Positions 51,450 through 61,835 of a DNA stretch of 64,000 bases are shown here, one piece after another. The first letter of the stretch is position 1, and each line of letters starts with the position of its first letter. The position numbers and the translations under genes were made by a program. Origin of the DNA: Spirulina sp. (lineage in GTDB: Bacteria; Cyanobacteriota; Cyanobacteriia; Phormidesmidales; Phormidesmidaceae); NCBI GenBank assembly GCA_044070495.1, contig JBIPSI010000006.1:32001-96000 (forward strand), read 5' to 3'. Under the pieces are notes generated by a model. The model was not told the origin of the DNA and searched no databases. It was given only the letters and a program-made list of their open reading frames with translations.

Positions 51450-52084
51450 GGACAGGGAATCGACGTGACATTGCTACCCTGACCATAGGTGCCCGTGCGG
51501 GCCACCCAGCCCGTGCCGCCACTGCTAAGGGTAACGGCCAGCCAAACGCGGCTGTAGTCGGGGGGGGAATTGGGAGAGGTTTGCTGGGTGGGTGGATTGG
51601 TGGTGGCCACCAGGGTGCTGCCAGCGGGGAAGGCGGTGATCAGGGCCGCATTCGACGAGGCCGCCGTTCGGACATTCAAGGCCGTATTGGCTCGGAAACA
51701 AGCCTTGGTCACCGGGGGCGGGGGCGTACTGCCGCAGGTAGTCAGGGCTGAGGCCGTGATCCAACCCACGGGCTGCACCGAGGACAGGTTTTGGCCTGCC
51801 AAAAAGATTTGGGCGCGACCACTGGCCAACACCCCCGTCAGCCGCACTTGAGTTCCGGCATTTAAGGTTCCAATGCGGTTGGCGGCGGGGCCGAGGTTCG
51901 TGTTGTCAAAAACCTCTACCCCACGGTTGAGTTGGCGACAGCCTCGGATGTAGCTCTGATTTTCGGATAGGCCCCCAACGGTGGTTTGGGCAGTTTGTCC
52001 CCAGGCAGACGTCATCGATAGCGTGCCGAGGGAGAGCGTTGTTGCAATCCCTAGGGCCACAGAGCGTAGGAGGTTGGAGCGCAT
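51446..52084 (-). CDS. Secreted protein with two bacterial SH3-like domains
   Basis: Signal peptide; ALNVRTAAS and GWV/GWI motifs; paired cysteines. Confidence 0.75.
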   Translation of the reverse strand: MRSNLLRSVALGIATTLSLGTLSMTSAWGQTAQTTVGGLSENQSYIRGCRQLNRGVEVFDNTNLGPAANRIGTLNAGTQVRLTGVLASGRAQIFLAGQNLSSVQPVGWITASALTTCGSTPPPPVTKACFRANTALNVRTAASSNAALITAFPAGSTLVATTNPPTQQTSPNSPPDYSRVWLAVTLSSGGTGWVARTGTYGQGSNVTSIPCP

Positions 52085-52406
52085 AGCAGTCCTCAGAGAA
52101 ATGAGTGAGCAGATGTAGATCGACAGTCAGGGAGAGACAATCAGGGAAAGACGGTCGGGTAAGGATGACACACCCAGCACCCAGGATAAAAACCGCCAGA
52201 AAGCGGATCTGCATGACGAGAGGCTTGAAAATGCGGTAGAAATCCTGATTTTTGGGTAACTTGGGCCTAGAACCTCACCCATCCAGACTGGCTGTTATCC
52301 TACCATTTGCCCCTTATTCCCTGCGCCAGCCTGTCACATTGCGTAGCGAACACCTAACCCCCCAATCCCCCCCAACAGCCAATAACGAATAACCACCCCC
52401 CCCACC

Positions 52407-54872
52407 ATGCCCACCCCCCTTCCCTTCAACGCCGAACAACAACAAGTCATCCAGCGCCTCCAAGGCAGTTTGCTGGTGCTGGCCCCGGTGGGAACGGGTA
52501 AGACCTCGGTGCTGTCGGCGCGGGTGGTTCATGCTTTGACCAAGGGGGTAGATCCCAATCGAGTCCTGTGCCTGACATTTACCAACCGGGCGTCCAAGGA
52601 AATGGGGGATCGCCTCCAGACAGAGCGACAGGTCACGATCAAAACCTTCCATGGATTGTGTGTGCGAATTCTGCGCATGGGGGCCGAAGCCCTGGGCTTG
52701 CCGTCGGATTTTGTCATCTACGACGCCGACGACAGCGCAGATATTCTGAGGGGCTTTATGCGGCAGAAAGAGAAGGATCGTCTGGAGGATCGGGTGAAGG
52801 AGGTGAAAACAGCGATTAGCCAAGCCAAGGCCAAGGCCCACCCTGACCAACTCACCCTAGATCTGAGCCTAAAGGGGTTGTTTGTCCCCGTGGATGACCA
52901 GGATCGACCCTGGGCCGAACGCTACCAGGCGGAATTGCAGCGCCGCCAAGCCCTGGATTTTGATGATTTGATTTTCTTCACCCGATCCCTACTGCGGTTG
53001 GTGCCAGCGGTGGCGGACTATTGGGCTAACCGCTACCACTTCATTCAGGTGGATGAGGTGCAGGATACCCACCTGGGCGAGTATGAGGTGGTGCGCCACC
53101 TGGCCCAACGCAGTAAAAACCTGGCGATGATTGGCGACCTCGATCAGACCATCTACGCCTGGAGAGGGTCGGAGCCGGAGGTGGTGCTGAATCACTTTCG
53201 GGCGGAGTTTGCCCCCACGGAATACAGCCTCTCGGAGAACTATCGGGCCACCCGTAGCCTGCTGCAAACCGCCGATGCCTTTGCCAACGCCTTTGCCGAC
53301 CGCTACACCCGCATCACCATTCCCGCCGCTAGTGCCCCTGGTAATCCGGTGGTGGTGCACACCGCCGCCGATGAGGATCAAGAAGCCGCCTGGATAGCCC
53401 AGCGCATTAAAGCCCTGGCCCAACACCAGTCCAACTTTGCCTATAACCGCGTGGCGGTGCTCACCCGCACCAATCGGCGTACCGATACCATCGCCCAGGG
53501 GTTGCAACGGCAGAACGTCCCCTGCCTCACCGTGGAGCGCTACCAGTTTTTTATGCGTCAGGAAATTAAAGACGCCCTAGCCTACCTGCGTTTTTTGGTC
53601 AATCCCTTTGATACGGGGGCTTTCAAGCGGCTGTTGGGTACTCCCAATCGGAATATCGGCCTAGAAACCCTGCGCCAAATCTACGGAGAAGGGCGGCCCT
53701 GCGGCCTATGGCTAACGGATATGGCCCTACCCCAACCCTTTGTCAACGACGATCCCCTCGGTGCGGTGATGGATGCCTATCGCCACGGCACCCTAGTGGT
53801 GTTTGACGTAGAGACCACGGGGGTTGCCATTGAGGATGAGGTGGTGGAAATCGCCGCCCAAAAACTGGTAAACGGTCAGCCCGCCGAAACCTTCCATGCC
53901 TACATTAGCGATGCCGCCGACGTGGGCGACTCTGAGCAGGTGCATGGCTACAGTAATGAGTTTTTGCGGCAGCATGGCCAACCCGGTCGTCGGGTTTTGG
54001 AGCAGTTTTTCCAGTTCGCCGAAAACGTCCTGATTGTGGGGCACAACGTGGGCTTTGATATCGGCATGGTGACCACCCAGGCTCAACGGCTGGGGTTGCC
54101 TGCCCCAAATTGGGCCTGGGCCGATACCCTCAACCTGGCCCGTCGTTTTGTGGAAGCTGAAAACTACCGTCTAGGGCACCTAGCCCAAGTGTTGAACCTG
54201 CCCACCACTCCCACCCACAACGCCATGGACGATGTGACGACCACCGTGGAATTGCTTCACGCCTTGATCCCCAAGCTAGAAGCCACCGCCGCCGACCGCA
54301 CCGCCCTGTATTACCGCTATGGCGAGACCTTTGAACCCCTAGCCGAAGCCATTGCCCAATGGAAAACTCTCAGCCATACCCTGCGTCCGGCTGACCTGCT
54401 GAGCCACATTCTAGAAACCTCCGGCCTGCTTCGGCACTACCACCGCGAACCCCAGCGACTCCAAAACCTGGAGCAGATGGTGGACATGTTTGCAAACCAA
54501 GACGACCCCGCCCTGCCCCCCGATCTGTCCCTCCGAACCCTGCTGGAATATACGGCCCTGAGCAAAAACCTGGATCGGGTGTCTGCCCAGGATAACCAAG
54601 TGCTCATCATCACCGCCCATCAGTCCAAGGGGTTGGAATTTGACCATGTTTTTATCGCAGGCTTAGTCGAAGGAGAATTCCCCGACTTTCGTTGCCGCCG
54701 CCCTGAGGAATTGGAGCAGGAAAAGCACCTGTTCTACGTCGCCCTCACCCGTGCCAAACAGTCCCTTTATCTCTCCAGTTTTGAGGAGGATAACTATGGC
54801 CGATCCAAGGATCCCAGCCAATTCATTGCCGCCCTGTCTGACGGTAGGGGCAAGGTCTCCTTACCCTTCTAG
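52407..54872 (+). CDS. UvrD/PcrA-family SF1 helicase with an inserted DEDDh 3'-5' exonuclease domain
   Basis: Helicase motifs APVGTGKT, TFTNRA, VDEVQD, GDLDQTIY, ENYR, TAHQSKGLEF and YVALTRAK; exonuclease motifs FDVETTG, GHNVGFD and HNAMDD. Confidence 0.92.
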   Translation: MPTPLPFNAEQQQVIQRLQGSLLVLAPVGTGKTSVLSARVVHALTKGVDPNRVLCLTFTNRASKEMGDRLQTERQVTIKTFHGLCVRILRMGAEALGLPSDFVIYDADDSADILRGFMRQKEKDRLEDRVKEVKTAISQAKAKAHPDQLTLDLSLKGLFVPVDDQDRPWAERYQAELQRRQALDFDDLIFFTRSLLRLVPAVADYWANRYHFIQVDEVQDTHLGEYEVVRHLAQRSKNLAMIGDLDQTIYAWRGSEPEVVLNHFRAEFAPTEYSLSENYRATRSLLQTADAFANAFADRYTRITIPAASAPGNPVVVHTAADEDQEAAWIAQRIKALAQHQSNFAYNRVAVLTRTNRRTDTIAQGLQRQNVPCLTVERYQFFMRQEIKDALAYLRFLVNPFDTGAFKRLLGTPNRNIGLETLRQIYGEGRPCGLWLTDMALPQPFVNDDPLGAVMDAYRHGTLVVFDVETTGVAIEDEVVEIAAQKLVNGQPAETFHAYISDAADVGDSEQVHGYSNEFLRQHGQPGRRVLEQFFQFAENVLIVGHNVGFDIGMVTTQAQRLGLPAPNWAWADTLNLARRFVEAENYRLGHLAQVLNLPTTPTHNAMDDVTTTVELLHALIPKLEATAADRTALYYRYGETFEPLAEAIAQWKTLSHTLRPADLLSHILETSGLLRHYHREPQRLQNLEQMVDMFANQDDPALPPDLSLRTLLEYTALSKNLDRVSAQDNQVLIITAHQSKGLEFDHVFIAGLVEGEFPDFRCRRPEELEQEKHLFYVALTRAKQSLYLSSFEEDNYGRSKDPSQFIAALSDGRGKVSLPF

Positions 54873-54883
54873 CTAATCCCTAC

Positions 54884-55807
54884 CTAATATCCAGACAGCC
54901 CCGGATCCCAGTATTGCTCTTGGCGACGGGTGGGTTCGACCCAAATTTGGGTGCGTAGGGGGCCATACTGACGCCGCAGCAGGGCTTCGATTTGCTCGCC
55001 AATGGCGTTGGCCACCTCCATATATTCAGGGTGCAGGGCCAGATGCAGTTCCACCCACACCTGACGGCCCACCATGCCCCGTGATCGGATGCGCTGGCAG
55101 TGGGTGACGCCCTCCACCTGGCCGACCAAATGGGCGATGGCTTCGGGGGCAATGGCCGTGGGTCGCAAGAGCATCGGGAGTTGTTCATTCAGCACCCGCC
55201 ATAGACTGCGGGCCACCAAGGACAACAGCCCCAGGGCAAAAACTGGATCCAGCCAGTGCTGATTGTAGTGAATGGCCATCAACACCGCCACCATCACCAG
55301 GCTCAGCCAAACATCGGCCAGAAAATGCTGGGTGTTCAACCGCAGGGTAAGGCTGTTGAGGTTCCGGGCTTGGTAGTTGGCGTAGACCCCTAGGGCAATG
55401 TTCACAATCACCATCAGCGCCGTTAGCCTCAGAACATGGCCATCCAGGGTAACTGGGAAGGGGTTAGCCGCGCCATTGATGCCCGCCCAAAGCTGCCGCA
55501 GGGCAATGAAGACCAGACTAATTCCCGTAAATCCCAAAAAAGCACAGAGGATCAGCGTTGCCGCCACTTCTCCCCGCCCGTGGCCCCACACCTCTCGGCC
55601 CATTTGGCGCTGGGGGGAAGTGACCGCCACCAAGCTTAGGACGGTGCTAAAACCGTCGATCAAGGTATGCAACGACTCCGCCAGCAGGGTTAAGGAATGG
55701 GTCGCCCATCCCCCAAATACCTCCACCGCCAGCAGCAGCAGCGTAGCCCAAAGGGTAGCTAACAGCAGGCGATAGCTGGTACGACGTTGATATGCGCCTT
55801 CGTTCAT
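54884..55807 (-). CDS. Cation diffusion facilitator family transporter
   Basis: AESLHTLID, WGHGRGE and HFLAD motifs; C-terminal dimerisation domain. Confidence 0.88.
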   Translation of the reverse strand: MNEGAYQRRTSYRLLLATLWATLLLLAVEVFGGWATHSLTLLAESLHTLIDGFSTVLSLVAVTSPQRQMGREVWGHGRGEVAATLILCAFLGFTGISLVFIALRQLWAGINGAANPFPVTLDGHVLRLTALMVIVNIALGVYANYQARNLNSLTLRLNTQHFLADVWLSLVMVAVLMAIHYNQHWLDPVFALGLLSLVARSLWRVLNEQLPMLLRPTAIAPEAIAHLVGQVEGVTHCQRIRSRGMVGRQVWVELHLALHPEYMEVANAIGEQIEALLRRQYGPLRTQIWVEPTRRQEQYWDPGLSGY

Positions 55808-56052
55808 AGACAGACGCCCAGGGGGGTACTCCAGCCTGCAAGTCTACCGCCGTGTGACCGATGTGGTGCAGCCAGTTCTCAGTTTGAGAAATTTCCGACC
55901 AACACCACCTTTTGCTGACCTCCGAACGTAGGGTGGACGCCGCCCACCACCAAGGACTATCGCACCACGACAGACAATCCGGCCAGAAGGCAGGGCACCG
56001 CCCATCACCAAGGCCGATCTTGTTGTTCACCCCCGATGGTTCAACCCTGACC

Positions 56053-56901
56053 TCAAGCCACCGCACCGCGAAAAACAAGCTGGGCGGGGCCAGTCATATA
56101 AATGCGATCATCCGCCGCCGACCATTCAATTTTGAGGGGGCCACCGGGCAATTCCACCGTCGCCGCCCGATCACAACGGCCATTCAGCACCCCTGCCACC
56201 AGGGAGGCACAGGCTCCGGTACCGCAGGCGAGGGTAATGCCAGCTCCCCGTTCCCACACCCGCATTTTGAGGTAATCGGGCCGCACGACTTGGATAAACT
56301 CGGTGTTGATGCGCTGGGGGAAGGCGGGGTGATGCTCAAACTGGGGGCCAATTTTCTCTAGGTCAATGGCGGCGACATCCTCCACAAAGGTGATGCAGTG
56401 GGGGTTGCCCATGCTGACGCAGGTGACCGCCCAATCTTGCCCCGCCACCGACAGCGGCAGACTTACGACTTTGTCATCAGGCGTTCCTAAGGTGGTCGGA
56501 ATATCCTTCGCCAGCAGGATGGGAACCCCCATATCCACGGTCACCTGGCCATCGGCTTGCAGGGTGGGGGAAATTACCCCGGCCAGGGTGTGAATGCGGT
56601 AGGTGTGGGGAGCCTGGGGAGCCTTGCCATCGGCGGTTTCTAGGGCTTCCAGGAACTTGGCCAAACAGCGAATGCCGTTGCCACACATCTCCGGTTCCGA
56701 GCCGTCGGAGTTGTAGATGCGCATGGTGTAGTCGGTGCCGTTTTGCCCTGGCAACGCAAAAATCACCCCATCGGCCCCAATGCCAAAGTGGCGATCACAC
56801 CAGGTCGCCGCTGTTTCGGGGCTGATTAGCGGATCGGCCTGATGGCGATTGTCCACCAGAATAAAATCGTTGCCTAAACCGTGATATTTACTGAACTCCA
56901 T
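56053..56901 (-). CDS. dapF: Diaminopimelate epimerase
   Basis: [18 protein letters not shown] and [14 protein letters not shown] motifs. Confidence 0.97.
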   Translation of the reverse strand: MEFSKYHGLGNDFILVDNRHQADPLISPETAATWCDRHFGIGADGVIFALPGQNGTDYTMRIYNSDGSEPEMCGNGIRCLAKFLEALETADGKAPQAPHTYRIHTLAGVISPTLQADGQVTVDMGVPILLAKDIPTTLGTPDDKVVSLPLSVAGQDWAVTCVSMGNPHCITFVEDVAAIDLEKIGPQFEHHPAFPQRINTEFIQVVRPDYLKMRVWERGAGITLACGTGACASLVAGVLNGRCDRAATVELPGGPLKIEWSAADDRIYMTGPAQLVFRGAVA

Positions 56902-57298
56902 CGACCGCCCCTTAGCCTGCAAAACATGAATGCTCCCATTATTCATCAAAATTCATCAAAACCCATCTCCCCTGGCCCTGGTTCACCCCCATCGGCCCCG
57001 GTCTAGCGGTGGCCTGTCTGCGGTCCTCCACCCATTGCCCCGGTCATTCCTTTTGCTGATCGTCCTGAGAGGTGCTTGAAAAGGGTTGTCTCAGGGGCGA
57101 TTAGTCTCTAGATTTGGTGTAAATCTACGGAATCCTTGACGGCTGAGGCTGACCTCATCGGTATAACTTGGAATACGCTTTGGCTTTTCAAACCTCCTCT
57201 GAACGGATTACTTCGTCTTAAGAAATTCCCATGCCGTGCGCTGATTGAACGAGATCGAGTTAACGTAAAGGCAGCAGATGTCAAGGGTCTCAGCCACC

Positions 57299-57508
57299 AT
57301 GTCCCAGGAGTTCGCTACCGGCTTTCCCAGCGTTCGGCAAATTCAGACGCTGATCCGCGACAAGACCACCGTCGAGGTCAAGCTACTAACGGGGGACACG
57401 ATCTCCGGACGGGTGCTCTGGCAAGATCCGCACTGCGTCAGTCTGGAGGTGGAAAACCAAGGAAAATACCAAATCTGGAAGCAAGCCATTGGCTTTTTGA
57501 AGTATTAA
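57299..57508 (+). CDS. hfq: Cyanobacterial Hfq
   Basis: TGFPSVRQIQ, EVKLLTGD, LWQD and IWKQAI pattern; divergent from dapF. Confidence 0.88.
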   Translation: MSQEFATGFPSVRQIQTLIRDKTTVEVKLLTGDTISGRVLWQDPHCVSLEVENQGKYQIWKQAIGFLKY

Positions 57509-57666
57509 TTTCTCCCCAGACCGTGTAAATCCTTTAGGTTCCCTGTTGCCTGTCCCAGGGTGCATGGGCACAATAAGTCCCATAGACGCCTAAAGGAATG
57601 GCACCGACAGTTTTCTGGCAGCAGCGGCTGCTCACCGTGTTCTTGTTGAATGGAGCGTTTGGCCAA

Positions 57667-58215
57667 ATGACTATTGAAAAAATCGTTGAGCAGGCCCTAC
57701 AGGATGGCTACTTAACCCCGGCCATGGAGGCGGAAGTTGGCCGTATTTGCGATACCGCCTCAGAACTCTCCATTGAAGAGTACATGGCCCTCGACCGTCT
57801 GATGGGAGCCCTGCTGACCGGGGAAGTGGTGGCGGTGCCCCGCAAACAGTTCATCAACGTGATGGAAGAACTGGTGCTGACGGAGGCGATCTCGCGGGTG
57901 GCCGAGATCGAAGCCGCCTCCGATACCACCCTCGATCTGGGCGACATCGCCGCCTATGCCCTCAACCGTTTGCCGCCCCTCTACGCCACCACCGAGGAAG
58001 GGGCCAACTTCCAACGGGAAACGGCTCGCGGCGAACTCGCAACCTTGATTGCCGATCAGGTGGGTCAAGCCATTGCCCGCAACATGGACAAGCCCGAATT
58101 CTTCCCCGAACGTCAAACCATCCAGAAGAAAGGCGGCGACAGCGTCCTCAATCAGGTCAGTTCTCTGCTGCAAGACCACGCCCACAAATTTGAAACCGCC
58201 GACCAAAAGAGCTAA
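57667..58215 (+). CDS. ComFB-domain protein (CdgR-like c-di-GMP receptor)
   Basis: IEKIVEQALQDGYLTP N-terminus; INVMEELV and DIAAYALNRLPPLYATT ComFB motif. Confidence 0.88.
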   Translation: MTIEKIVEQALQDGYLTPAMEAEVGRICDTASELSIEEYMALDRLMGALLTGEVVAVPRKQFINVMEELVLTEAISRVAEIEAASDTTLDLGDIAAYALNRLPPLYATTEEGANFQRETARGELATLIADQVGQAIARNMDKPEFFPERQTIQKKGGDSVLNQVSSLLQDHAHKFETADQKS

Positions 58216-58328
58216 CCCCTGGGGGTTAGCCTAATAACCGAAAAATTCAGCCTCACGCCCACGCCCCAGGGGTTGTTACACTTAAGCCCAACCAATCCTC
58301 AACCACGCTGTTGATCGGCAGGAACGCT

Positions 58329-59663
58329 ATGGGCTATGAGTGGCTATCCATTGTCATGTTCGTGGGCTTTTTCGTCATTTTGATGACGGGCTATCCGGTG
58401 GCCTTTTCCTTTGCAGGAACGGGCCTTGTTTTTGGGCTAATCGGCTGGCTGGTGGGAGCCTTCGACCCGGCTCGCCTATTGCTGCTGCCGAACCTTTGGT
58501 TTGGCACCATGGCTAACTTCACCCTGCTGGCCATCCCCTTCTTTGTCTTTTTGGGGGCGGTGCTCGAAAAGTCTGGCTTGGCGGAGGAATTGCTGGAGAC
58601 CATCGGCATTGTTTTGGGGCCGTTGCGGGGGGGCATGGCCCTGGCGGTGGTGCTGGTGGGTACCCTGCTGGCGGCGGCGACGGGGGTGGTGGCGGCCACG
58701 GTCATTTTGATGGGGCTGCTGTCCCTGCCGATCATGCTGCGCTACGGCTACGACAAACAACTGGCGGCGGGTACCATTGTGGCGGCGGGTACCCTGGCCC
58801 AGCTCATTCCCCCCAGTTTGGTGCTGGTGGTGCTGAGCGACCAGATCGGCGTGTCCGTGGGCGATTTGTTTTTGGGTGCCCTCATCCCAGGGCTGCTCCT
58901 GGCCGGATCCTACGCGGCCTACGTGCTGGCGGTGGCCTTCCTCAAACCCCACACTGCCCCGGCCCTGCCCCTAGAGATGCGCCAAGTGGCAGGGCGCGAT
59001 CTATTCCTCCGTACCCTCAAGGCTGTGGTGCCGCCAATTGGGCTAATTGTGCTGGTGCTGGGCAGTATTTTCTTTGGCCTAGCCACCCCCACCGAGGCGG
59101 GATCTGTAGGAGCCGTGGGAGCCTGCGCCCTAGCCGCCCTCAATGGTCGGCTCAACGCCAAGCTGCTTGCCGATGCCGCCCATGCCACCGCCCTTGTCAC
59201 CGGGGTAGTGATGATCATTCTGATTTGCTCGTCTTTCTTTGGGCTGGTGTTTGATGCCCTGGGGGGCAAAACCCTGATTACCAACTTGCTGGTGAATCTC
59301 CCCGGCGGCTACCTCAGCTTTATGGTAGTGGCCAACCTCACCATTTTTCTGCTGGGGGTGTTTTTAGAATTCATTGAAATTTGCTTTATCGCCCTGCCCC
59401 TGTTAGTGCCCGCCGCCCAAGCCCTAGGGTTGGATATGGTGTGGTTTGGGGTGGTGATGGCCCTGAATCTGCAAACCGCTTTTATCTCGCCGCCGGTGGG
59501 TTTTTCTCTGTTTTACCTGCAAAGCGTCGCCCCAGAGGAAATCTCCACCGAAGATATCCATCGCAGCGCCCTGCCCTTTATGGCCATTCAATTGGCGGTG
59601 CTGCTGCTGGTAATTTTTGTGCCCCAAACCGTGAGTTGGCTAGTGAATCAGGCCTGGCAGTAG
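58329..59663 (+). CDS. TRAP transporter large permease (DctM-like)
   Basis: [27 protein letters not shown] and ISPPVG motifs. Confidence 0.92.
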   Translation: MGYEWLSIVMFVGFFVILMTGYPVAFSFAGTGLVFGLIGWLVGAFDPARLLLLPNLWFGTMANFTLLAIPFFVFLGAVLEKSGLAEELLETIGIVLGPLRGGMALAVVLVGTLLAAATGVVAATVILMGLLSLPIMLRYGYDKQLAAGTIVAAGTLAQLIPPSLVLVVLSDQIGVSVGDLFLGALIPGLLLAGSYAAYVLAVAFLKPHTAPALPLEMRQVAGRDLFLRTLKAVVPPIGLIVLVLGSIFFGLATPTEAGSVGAVGACALAALNGRLNAKLLADAAHATALVTGVVMIILICSSFFGLVFDALGGKTLITNLLVNLPGGYLSFMVVANLTIFLLGVFLEFIEICFIALPLLVPAAQALGLDMVWFGVVMALNLQTAFISPPVGFSLFYLQSVAPEEISTEDIHRSALPFMAIQLAVLLLVIFVPQTVSWLVNQAWQ

Positions 59664-59679
59664 GTGGATCTGCGGCCCC

Positions 59680-60105
59680 CTAGGAAGACCGATGAATTTC
59701 AAAGGAAATGGAGTCGGCCTTAGCGTTGACTCTGCGACGACCTTTTGTTTTTGGCTTCACCGAAGGCGAGTCGATCCCTGGGCTAGCCTTGGTTGTCGTT
59801 TTCGTCTGGGGTTTGGCCTGAGTTGCAGACAGATCCTGCGCCTGGGCGTCCGCTGAGGGGGGCGTAGGGGGGGAGGGCAGGGCCGCTGTATCCGGCGGTA
59901 GGGTAACGGATTTTAGCTGGTCAGGAGTGCGGTTGGCTCCTAACCCCAGGGCCTCGGCATTGGAGAGCACCGCTAACCCAATCCCAGCCAGCACCGTTAG
60001 GGGATGCCAGAGGGGACTTGATCCTAGATCGGGCCAGCCGCCCAAACTTTGCAGCCCCTCAACGGCGGCGAAGATCAGCACAAAACAGAGCAGCCAAAGT
60101 TTCAT
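59680..60105 (-). CDS. Hypothetical membrane protein
   Basis: Two hydrophobic segments, a low-complexity tail and a C-terminal SISFEI. Confidence 0.6.
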   Translation of the reverse strand: MKLWLLCFVLIFAAVEGLQSLGGWPDLGSSPLWHPLTVLAGIGLAVLSNAEALGLGANRTPDQLKSVTLPPDTAALPSPPTPPSADAQAQDLSATQAKPQTKTTTKASPGIDSPSVKPKTKGRRRVNAKADSISFEIHRSS

Positions 60106-60375
60106 GACTTGTTCGGTCTTAGCGGGACATCGGGAACCAGGGGCCAACCGAAAAGCAGGGATCGAGCGGGGGTGATCCCTCCCCAGACGGGTATACCCAA
60201 ACGGGTGTTCTACTTTGGGCCGTTTTGATTATGCCACCGTTAGCCCTAGATGGTGCTGTCTTGGTCATGGGTTTTGGATGTTAGGGATTCTAAGCCGTTA
60301 GGGATTCTAAATCCAACCATGGTGAGGGGGCCAACTCATGGAACGATTGAAAGGTGCCATGGGTTAATTAAGGCT

Positions 60376-61710
60376 ATGACCGTATCACGAACCATTTGCC
60401 TGGGTTTTCTAGTATTTATCTCAGTGGGTACGCTGCTGCTGCTGCTGCCCTGGGCCAATGCCAGCGGCGAGTGGGGCAATCCTCTGGTGGCCCTGTTTAC
60501 TGCGACCTCCGCCGTGTGTGTAACGGGGCTAATTGTGGTGGATACGGGCACCTATTTCTCGCCCCTGGGGCAGGGGATTATTCTGGCCCTGATTCAGATC
60601 GGCGGTCTTGGTTATATGACCGCCAACAGCTTTCTCATGCTGCTGGTGGGGCGGAGACTCAAGCTCAAGGATCGGGTGGCCATTCAGCAATCGATGGACA
60701 ACAGCGAACTGGCGGGCGGTAGTTCGCTGATTGTGTCCATCATTGCCATGACCTTGGTGTTTGAACTCACGGGTATCTTTTTCCTGTATCCCACCTTTCA
60801 GCGAGACTTTGGGGCTGGGTTTGGCCTGTGGCTATCGATTTTTCACAGCATCAGCGCCTTTAATAATGCGGGCTTTAGCCTCTTTGCCGACAGCATTGTG
60901 GGCTATGCCCTCAATCCCTGGGTCAACGTCACGATTACAGGGCTGGTGATTTTGGGAGGGATTGGCTACCAAGTGATTATGGAAATGTTTCTATGGGCGC
61001 GGCACCGCCTCCGAAGAGACCAGCGACGCACCAATTTCTCCCTCAACTACAAGGTGGCGACCAGCACCACCCTCGCCCTGCTCGCCATTGGCACCGGAGC
61101 CTTTTTCCTAATTGAGTTCAACAATGCCGCAACCTTGGGGGGGCATTCTCCCGCTCAAAAGCTGCTGATGGCCTGGTTTCAGTCGGTGATTGCCCGGACT
61201 GCTGGGTTTAACAGCATCGACATTGGGGCCATGGGCGAGGCCTCCCTGTTTATTATGATTGCCCTGATGTTTGTGGGGGCTAGTCCGGGGAGTACCGGGG
61301 GCGGCATTAAAACCACCACCCTACGCATTTTGCTGGCCTGCACCCGCATGGTGCTACAGGGCAAGGAGGATGTGTTGAGCTATCGACGGCAAATTCCCCC
61401 TAGTCGGGTGCTGAAGGCCATTGCCGTGGTGATGGGATCGGGGCTAGTGGTGCTGTCTGCCACCACCCTGGTATCGATTAGCAATCCCACGATCAGCTTC
61501 ATTGCCGTGCTGTTTGAGTCGGTGTCGGCCTTTGCTACCGTTGGCCTTAGCACCGGCATTACAGCGGATTTGTCCGATGTGGGCAAATACGTCATCATTA
61601 TCACGATGTACCTCGGTCGGGTGGGCATACTGTTATTTATGGCCTCCCTGCTGGGCGATCCCAAGCCCACCGCCATTCAGTACCCCGAAGAGGATCTGCT
61701 GATTGGCTAA
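60376..61710 (+). CDS. ktrB: Trk/Ktr K+ uptake permease (KtrB/NtpJ)
   Basis: TSAVCVTGL, SAFNNAGF, RTAGFN, STGGGIKTTT and SAFATVGLS motifs. Confidence 0.92.
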   Translation: MTVSRTICLGFLVFISVGTLLLLLPWANASGEWGNPLVALFTATSAVCVTGLIVVDTGTYFSPLGQGIILALIQIGGLGYMTANSFLMLLVGRRLKLKDRVAIQQSMDNSELAGGSSLIVSIIAMTLVFELTGIFFLYPTFQRDFGAGFGLWLSIFHSISAFNNAGFSLFADSIVGYALNPWVNVTITGLVILGGIGYQVIMEMFLWARHRLRRDQRRTNFSLNYKVATSTTLALLAIGTGAFFLIEFNNAATLGGHSPAQKLLMAWFQSVIARTAGFNSIDIGAMGEASLFIMIALMFVGASPGSTGGGIKTTTLRILLACTRMVLQGKEDVLSYRRQIPPSRVLKAIAVVMGSGLVVLSATTLVSISNPTISFIAVLFESVSAFATVGLSTGITADLSDVGKYVIIITMYLGRVGILLFMASLLGDPKPTAIQYPEEDLLIG

Positions 61711-61835
61711 GGCCAGACCTCGTCCCCAATCCGACTTAGAAAACCCCGATTCCTAACCCAGCCAACGGCGTTGTCTCCCCCCCGACCGCTGTTGCCCCAA
61801 CCTTGACCTAGCCTGTTTTGTTTCTGTCCCTAGCC

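Noticed and set aside
57299..58215. hfq next to the ComFB/CdgR-like gene and dapF
   Set aside because: This appears to be ordinary conserved cyanobacterial synteny rather than something novel.
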